Assembly: GCF_001194135.2 (NCBI RefSeq)
Contig: NC_068996.1
Span: 33,496,202-33,536,398, forward strand
Direction of reading: 5' to 3'
Source of the DNA: Octopus bimaculoides
Lineage: Eukaryota
Length of the DNA stretch: 40,197 nt
Positions within the stretch are counted from its first letter, which is position 1, and every line of letters starts with the position of its first letter. The notes under the pieces are model-generated. The model did not search any database and was not told the origin of the DNA. It saw only the letters and a program-made list of their open reading frames with translations. Position numbers and translations under genes: made by a program. Of the stretch, positions 33,416 to 40,197 are shown piece by piece.

Positions 33416-35254
33416 TATCATGACAATGTACATATATGATATATGAACATATATCATGACAATGATATGTGTATATATGTAGATATACACACACATATAT
33501 ATACATAGATATAGATCATAATCTTCATCAATTTGACTTTCAGTTTTCTTCTTAATAACACCCTGCTATTCTGCCACAATTGAAGACCTTGATACATTCT
33601 ATTTTCATCTATGACTACTGCTGTTACTGAATGGTACTATGATTGAAATGTTCTGCAGTGTCAGTCAACTACAATGGAGTTGATCATATTTCAGTGCTGA
33701 ACATCTGAGTTATCCAGGTACATTTCTTTCCAAATCTTTTCAAGTATTTTCACTTTTGCAATAATGACTAAACATTCTCTTCTTTCATTTCTTTCTCTCA
33801 ATTCAAATTTTCTAACATGCTTCTCACTAAGGAAGCAAGCAGATTTTTGAAGGAATTATAGTATCCTAGACAACTATTCACTCTAACACATCCCCTAGAA
33901 TTAGTAAAAGCATACCAAAAGTTTGTGTTGCTTTCATATTTAAAAAAAAAACTTTTGATAGCAGAGGAGAATGCAGTGCTAAAGTCACTGAAGATGTGGA
34001 GTTAAGGCACAATACACCAAACTTCGCAAGAGGGTGAACTTGGATTGTATCTTAGATATAACTATGCTATAAGTACATAAATGTTCCATTTCAGAAGAGT
34101 ATCTAACAAGGTGATACCATCTCTCTAAAATTTTTAACCATAAGAACCTCAGATCAGGTGCAGACCATGCTGCTAGAGCTAGACAGTTGCAAACAATGAT
34201 GATAAAACTAATGTAACTCTTTTAGTAACTTTCATAATCTAATATAACAGTTAAATAACTCTTTGTAATGCATCTCATTTGCTTTTGTAGCAGTTGACAA
34301 TGATGCTGTTATGCCACCTCACTCACTATGCAAGAACCTTTTATGTCTTCATATCCTTAATTGCCCTATCTACAATATTGTTGTTATTTTTTTATTGTGG
34401 CAATATTGATGAAGGCTACATGACCTGACTTGAAGAGGGGGAGTCTGTTCAAAGAGGATTCCTCAGTTTGATGCCTGTTTTCTGAACCTGAAAAGAAGAA
34501 ATTTTGTGCGATTGATCAGCAGTGATCAGAGGACTCTTGTACATGGTTAAATGCTTCTATTTTATTGATGAGCTATTATTTCACTATACTCCAACAAATC
34601 TCTTAAGAAAATAAAGTTACTATTATGAATTCTATTACCAATAATAAAAGAATAATAAATATATGAGAAACAAAGTGAGTTACAAAGAGTAGACTTTGCT
34701 AGATGTAAAATATTAATAGCAACACACGTACAAGTATGATATAAGTAAATATGAAGTGATGTATACATGTATTGGACAGAACTATGAATAGTGAAGGAGA
34801 CACATTGGGCAGAAAATAAACATTCTATGGGCATATCCAAGATTGGGATACTTGTGAAAGGAGCAAGGAGAGAGGAGTTTCTAAAGATATTTCTAGAGTG
34901 ACGGAGTAAAGTTTCCAGAGACACTGTGCAAAGCACATATAAGAGGCAGTGAAAGGGGCAGAGTTGGTGGTTACAATTAGGGAAAAGAAAATTTCACCAT
35001 AAACAATTTTTGGAGAAAATCCTGAGCAAAGAAATAAATAAATGAACATATTGTAAATAGTTATAACTTACAGCTGGAATAAAAAGAATTTAGTTGATAA
35101 ACTATAAGCGATAAGGGAGGCTGACATAAAAGGAATATATTTTAAAGATATGAAACAGACACATATGTTCGCTGTATTTTAAGATGAGGATACAAGAAGA
35201 TAAATATGAAGATGAGATATACTATCCATATATTGATTTTCTCTGCCCAATATT

Positions 35255-35830
35255 CCTACAAAGATCATTGGGGTAGAATTTTTAGGCACCTCCACCATAG
35301 GGTCCTATTAGGAACAATTGAGATCAGATTTTGCGGCAGGATTTCCAAGCGTGACCAACTGAGACTATGGATATTATACAACTATCTTATTCTTAGTCTA
35401 CCCCTTGGTCTTCTGTTAGTTGGCTAGGCTTGAAGAATCAGTCTTGCAATTCTTTCTAATCGCATGCCTGTAGTATGGGAGCTGTGACGTCTGAATGCAG
35501 AGAAGCAGCTGCTTAACCCGGAGAAACTCTCTGATCTCTGAGCTACACACCCTGTTGAGTAATATTACTCCAGAGATCCTTTGAAGCAACTCCATTTTGG
35601 CTACTTGGTCATTACCTAACATTCATGACAAAAGGTGAAGATAAGCATTGAAATTAAATTGAAGAGAGTAAGTTTTGTTTTTGTTAACCAACCTCTCCTC
35701 TTTTGAGCTGGTGCATTACTGTGCCAGCATGTGCAATTCTAGTATCTGGTTCAGCCTCGTTTCCCATCACATATGAAATTGGCCCAAAGATATTTAAACT
35801 TATCCACTAGCCTCAGCATATTTTTCATAA
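35255..35830 (-). mobile_element. RTE/Rex3-like LINE 3' fragment (different subfamily)
   Basis: VDKFKYLW(G)...DGK, MELLQRISGVILLNRVCSSEIREFLRV, RPRGRLRIR*L...SWSRLEI on the minus strand. Confidence 0.75.
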
Positions 35831-37080
35831 TCTTTATAAACTGGATTGGCATGTGCAGCCATTGCAGAAGTGTTATCACAATTGGTAGACTGATATTTGC
35901 AAACAAATCGATGTTACTTGGCTTATCAGAATATGGTTTCCAGTAAGCACTGAATGGGTTCATTACTGAGAATTGCAAGGCAGAGATGAGAATTAGTGTT
36001 GTAAAGACTGAGATATTAGCTATTTCAAGAAAGTTTTCCCCAGTGCACTCTGCAGATTAGTGGAATATCACTGAGATATATTATATAATAGAAAATTACA
36101 TAATATCAAGATACAGAGGAAAATAGCAAAGGATTACATACCTACTTGAATAACATATCATATATTAGGTGTAGTGACTAACTAACTAAAAAATGAAGAA
36201 TGGGTGAGAGAAAAGAAGGGATGTGCATGTGCCTTTTAATTTCCTGACTGAAAGTACCATAGACAGTTTTGGGAGAAGAGAAGCCCAAGTAAATAAATAG
36301 AAGACTGAATACCTTAATAACAAAAGATCAAAATTTTGAATTTTGAAATACATTAGGGAAAAATAAGACAAATCGTCTTAAAAATGCATTTTTGAAAATG
36401 TATTTGTTTGAAAAATGAACAACATATTTACTTTAAGAAATTCAAAGTGTATTGCAGGTATAGTGTTTAAAAAAATTTCAAAGTGTATTATCAAAGAGAT
36501 AAGCAAAAATATAAATAGTTTATTTATAAAAGATTTCCTTTCTTTAAATTTTCTCAATATTTTCCATCTTTTCTTTCAATATAAACATAGTAAATAAGCA
36601 AAAGATCAAATTTTGAGATACTGCATCAAAGGTAAAGTGAAATAAGCAACAAATAGAAGCTGCTGCACTATAAAGATGACATTTCCAATGTTAACAGTAC
36701 ACTGTGGACTTACATTGGGTAAAGTGAAAACACCTTCAAGGAGATATTTGCATAGTATACAACTTCATTTAGATTTAGCAATAAATGCAGCTCAAATATA
36801 TTCAAATTTGCAGCTCAGATATATTCAAATTTGTGTGCAGCCTTAAGGACCAAGGAATAAACAACTCACTGATAAATACCAAGGCAAACAAATACAATGC
36901 ATATGCAATTTATGCATTGTAGAAAAGTATCAGGGAATATCCTTAACAAAAGAAGAAAAACTTGGTCAAAAACAATACACTGTTACTACTTCAAACATAT
37001 TCCTATTCCCAAAAAAACAGAAATCCAATCCAGATAAACTCCAAATAACATCCACTCATCAACCACTTAGACAATACCTA

Positions 37081-37365
37081 CTAGGGTGGAGTGAAAATAA
37101 AAAATTGCAGAAATTGAAAATGCCTGAGGGCTAAAATGTTGCTATATTTGATTACTAGAAGATGCTAAATTTTCAATCAAGGGCATTTACTAAAAAAATG
37201 GGGGATTTTCGTAAATTTTTTTACAATAGTGGAGTTTGCAGGGTTTGAGGGAGTAAATGCCTCAGACTGATCTAAGCAAAAATTTAGCATTTTTCTAGTA
37301 ATAATATATAGCAAAATTTTAGGCCTTTTCATTTTCCACAATTTTTTATTTTTACTCCACCCTAG
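37081..37365. mobile_element. MITE with TAGGGTGG termini (hAT-like), copy A
   Basis: ctagggtggagtgaaaataaaaaattg / caattttttatttttactccaccctag, with long imperfect internal inverted symmetry. No TSD recognised. Confidence 0.8.
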
Positions 37366-37405
37366 ATTACACAATCTATATACTCACACACACATACATG
37401 TATGT

Positions 37406-37669
37406 TAGAGTGGTGTAAAAATAAAAAATTGAAAAAGCCTGAGGCCTAAAATCTTGCTATATATTACTACTAGAAAAATGCAAAATTTTTGCTTAGATCA
37501 GTCAAGGGCATTTACTCCAAACTCTGCTATTGTAAAAAATTTACAAAAAAGTCCCCATTTTGGGGGTTTAGGGGGTCTTGAAGGAGTAAATGCCTTTGAT
37601 TGATCTCAGCGAAAATTTAGCATTTTCTATTAATCAAACATAGCAACATTTTAGCCCTCAGGCAATTTC
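37406..37669. mobile_element. Same MITE family, copy B, opposite orientation, right end eroded
   Basis: tagagtggtgtaaaaataaaaaattg...cctaaaatcttgctatatattactactagaaaaatgc matches the reverse complement of copy A's right half. Confidence 0.75.
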
Positions 37670-37897
37670 CTCCGTCCTGATACCCACTTACCAATGTATG
37701 ACCAAAACCACTTCACTTAATGCACACAGAGCTCAATACTTCAAGAGGGACTGCAATTCAATCTCCACTTTTACTGAACAAAATACAACCAATGCACACT
37801 TATCATCCACACTTTATTTGTGCACCACCATTTTGAGTGTGTACACACACATACATACGAATGTATATATGTATGTGTGTGTGTGTGTATATATGTA

Positions 37898-37933
<36 letters not shown>

Positions 37934-37936
<3 letters not shown>

Positions 37937-38866
37937 GTGAGCAAGTTAGTAGCAGGGGTGGATGCTCTGAGAGTGTAGCTGCTAGAATAAGAATAGCCTG
38001 GGCAAAGTTCAGAGACCTCTTACCTCAGAGTAAAAGATAGACTGTATGATGCATGCCTGTGAACAGCCATGCTACATGGCAGTGAAACATGGGCTGTGAC
38101 TACTGAGGACATTCGTAAACTCGCAAGGAATGAAGACAGTATACTCCGTTGGATATGTAATGTCAGTGTGCATACTAGACAGAGTGTAAGAACCCTGACA
38201 TAAAAAGCATCAGATGTGGTATGCAAGAGAGACGATTGTGTATGGATGAGGACAACAGTGTGAAAAAGTGTCACACTCTAGCAGTAGAGGAAACCTGTGG
38301 AAGAAGTAGACCCAGGAAGACCTGGGATGAGGTGATGAAGCACGACCTTCGAACATTGGACCTCACGGAGGCAATGACAAGTGGCCGAGACCGTTGGAGA
38401 TATGCTGTGCTTGAGAAAACCTAGCAATCCAAGTGAGACCATAACTGTGGCTTATGCTCATGCAGCAGAGTACCCTTCAATCATTGGGTAATAAACTGCA
38501 CTTATGAAGACCTGCTGAGTCAAGTGATGACATTGTTGTAGCCAATGCCAGTACTGCCTGATTGGCACCTGTGCCGGTGGCATGTAAAAAGCACCATTTG
38601 AGTGTGGTCAATGCCAGTGCCACCTGACTGGTCCCATGCTGCTGGCACGTAAAAAGCACCATTGGAACATGGTCGTTGCCAGTGCCATCTGACCAGCTTC
38701 CATGCGCCCACTACACTCTTGGAGTTGTCGGCATTAAGAAGGGCATCCAGCTGTAGAAACTTTGCCAGATCAGATTGGAGCCTGGTACAGCCTTCTGGCT
38801 TGCCAGCCCTCAGTCAACCCATGGCAGCATGGAAAGCAGACGTTAAATTATGATGATGATGATGAT
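37934..38866 (+). mobile_element. 5'-truncated RTE LINE with complete 3' end and (GAT)n tail
   Basis: GEQVSSRGGCSESVAARIRIAWAKFRDLLP, RSRPRKTWDEVMKHDL, then 3' UTR ending gacgttaaattatgatgatgatgat. Confidence 0.9.
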
Positions 38867-38867
38867 A

Positions 38868-38932
<65 letters not shown>

Positions 38933-38950
38933 CTCTCTATATATATATAT
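38868..38950. repeat. (ATCT)n followed by (AT)n microsatellite
   Basis: Direct reading. Confidence 0.95.
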
Positions 38951-38952
38951 AT

Positions 38953-40165
38953 TGAAATGCGGAGTAGATGGAACAGGGACAACTGATGAAGGGAAATATT
39001 CTTTACGTTGCATGTCTCGTTTCTCTGTTTTTTTTTCATTGTTCGAAAAAAAAGTTTGTTTTCTGTCTTCGTTTTTATGTTTTCGTTTCTCATTGTGTTT
39101 AACGTTTTTTTGTGATGTTCTGTACCCATATATGCATGTATGTATGCATATAGATGTAGGTATGTACATATATGTATGGATATATGCATATATTTATATA
39201 TTATTTACATTATTATATGATCGAACGCCATGCACTGTCTCAAAGTAAGTTTTATCTTAACTACTACTACTATTCTACTGCTATTATTATCTACTATTAT
39301 TACTCTACTACTATTATTATCACTTCCCTGTCTGTATCTCTCTCTCTCTTGTTCTTCATCCTTTCTGTTTTTCTCTCCCAACCCTCCTCTATTCTTCTCT
39401 TCCTTTCACCGTTCCCTCTCTCTCACTCCTCCTCCTTGACCCTCTCATCGCTGACACGTGACGAAAGGGATTCTTTCTTTCTACTTCCTGCCTTCCTATA
39501 GAAAAGACGTGAATTTTTTTCTCTCTCATTCACATCTAACTTCGCGTTCAAAATAATAATTTTTCTATCGTCTTGGCCTAACAGCCCTTACCGTTTGTTT
39601 TCACCGTTCTGTCTTGTTTTTACTGTCTTGTTCTTGTTTACACTTTCACTCTCCGCAAAAAATTACAAATTTTATTTAATTTGCTTGCGNNNNNNNNNNN
39701 NNNNNNNNNNNNNNNNNNNNNNNNNNNNNNNNNNNNNNNNNNNNNNNNNNNNNNNNNNNNNNNNNNNNNNNNNNNNNNNNNNNNNNNNNNNNNNNNNNNN
39801 NNNNNNNNNNNNNNNNNNNNNNNNNNNNNNNNNNNNNNNNNNNNNNNNNNNNNNNNNNNNNNNNNNNNNNNNNNNNNNNNNNNNNNNNNNNNNNNNNNNN
39901 NNNNNNNNNNNNNNNNNTTGTCCTTGCATTCGAAACGCGGAGTACATGGAACAGGGACAACTGAAGAAGGGAAATATTATGTTGCATGTCTTGTTTCTCT
40001 GTTTTTTTCATTGTTTGAAAAAAAGTTTGTTTTCTGTCTTCGTCTTTATGTTTTTGTTTCTCATTGTTTTTAACGTTTTCAGTATGTATACATATAGATG
40101 TAGGTATGTACATATATGTATGGATATATGCATATAATTATATATTATTTATATTATATATATTA
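38953..40165. repeat. Diverged direct repeat pair (~38953-39225 and ~39931-40165) flanking a pyrimidine-rich segment and a gap
   Basis: Both copies contain gcggagtaSatggaacagggacaactgaWgaagggaaatatt...gtttgttttctgtcttcgt...tagatgtaggtatgtacatatatgtatggatatatgcatata. Confidence 0.85.
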
Positions 40166-40197
40166 TTCAAAAATTCTTATCGCTCCTTAAAATTATG

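Noticed and set aside
34400-34500. Minus-strand acceptor ttcttcttttcag at ~34488 as a WDR20 upstream exon
   Set aside because: None of the three frames resembles WDR20, and no matching donor was identified.
38955-39000. Hammerhead ribozyme from CTGATGA at 38983 and CGAAACGCG at 39931
   Set aside because: I could not build stems I-III in any valid topology. GAAA does not follow stem II, and the second copy reads CTGAAGA.

Overview
AT-rich, repeat-saturated animal genomic scaffold with six N-gaps. The tRNA-derived SINEs, (GAT)n-tailed RTE elements and microsatellites suggest an Octopus-like coleoid cephalopod (inference, not a database result). The only confidently recognised host gene is one large minus-strand coding exon of WDR20 (25958-27211), with clean splice sites. 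The rest is mostly decayed transposable elements: hAT (x2), Merlin, mariner, maT/DD37D, Tc1, Tigger-like MITE, Helitron, Penelope, RTE LINE fragments and SINEs. Most interesting observations: (1) a Penelope-like element whose terminal repeat combines a tRNA-like Pol III head with a hammerhead-ribozyme core, plus an inverted copy; (2) a ~620-bp duplication downstream of WDR20 whose best-conserved core is a 31-nt splice-flanked micro-exon candidate; (3) a Merlin derivative that replaces the catalytic core of a hAT transposase and is fused in frame to it; (4) at least six fold-back structures, including a ~600-bp spacer-less palindrome and a 1.3-kb inverted repeat. Identities and fuzzy boundaries are by-eye estimates. 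Most listed ORFs are microsatellite, gap or antisense artefacts.
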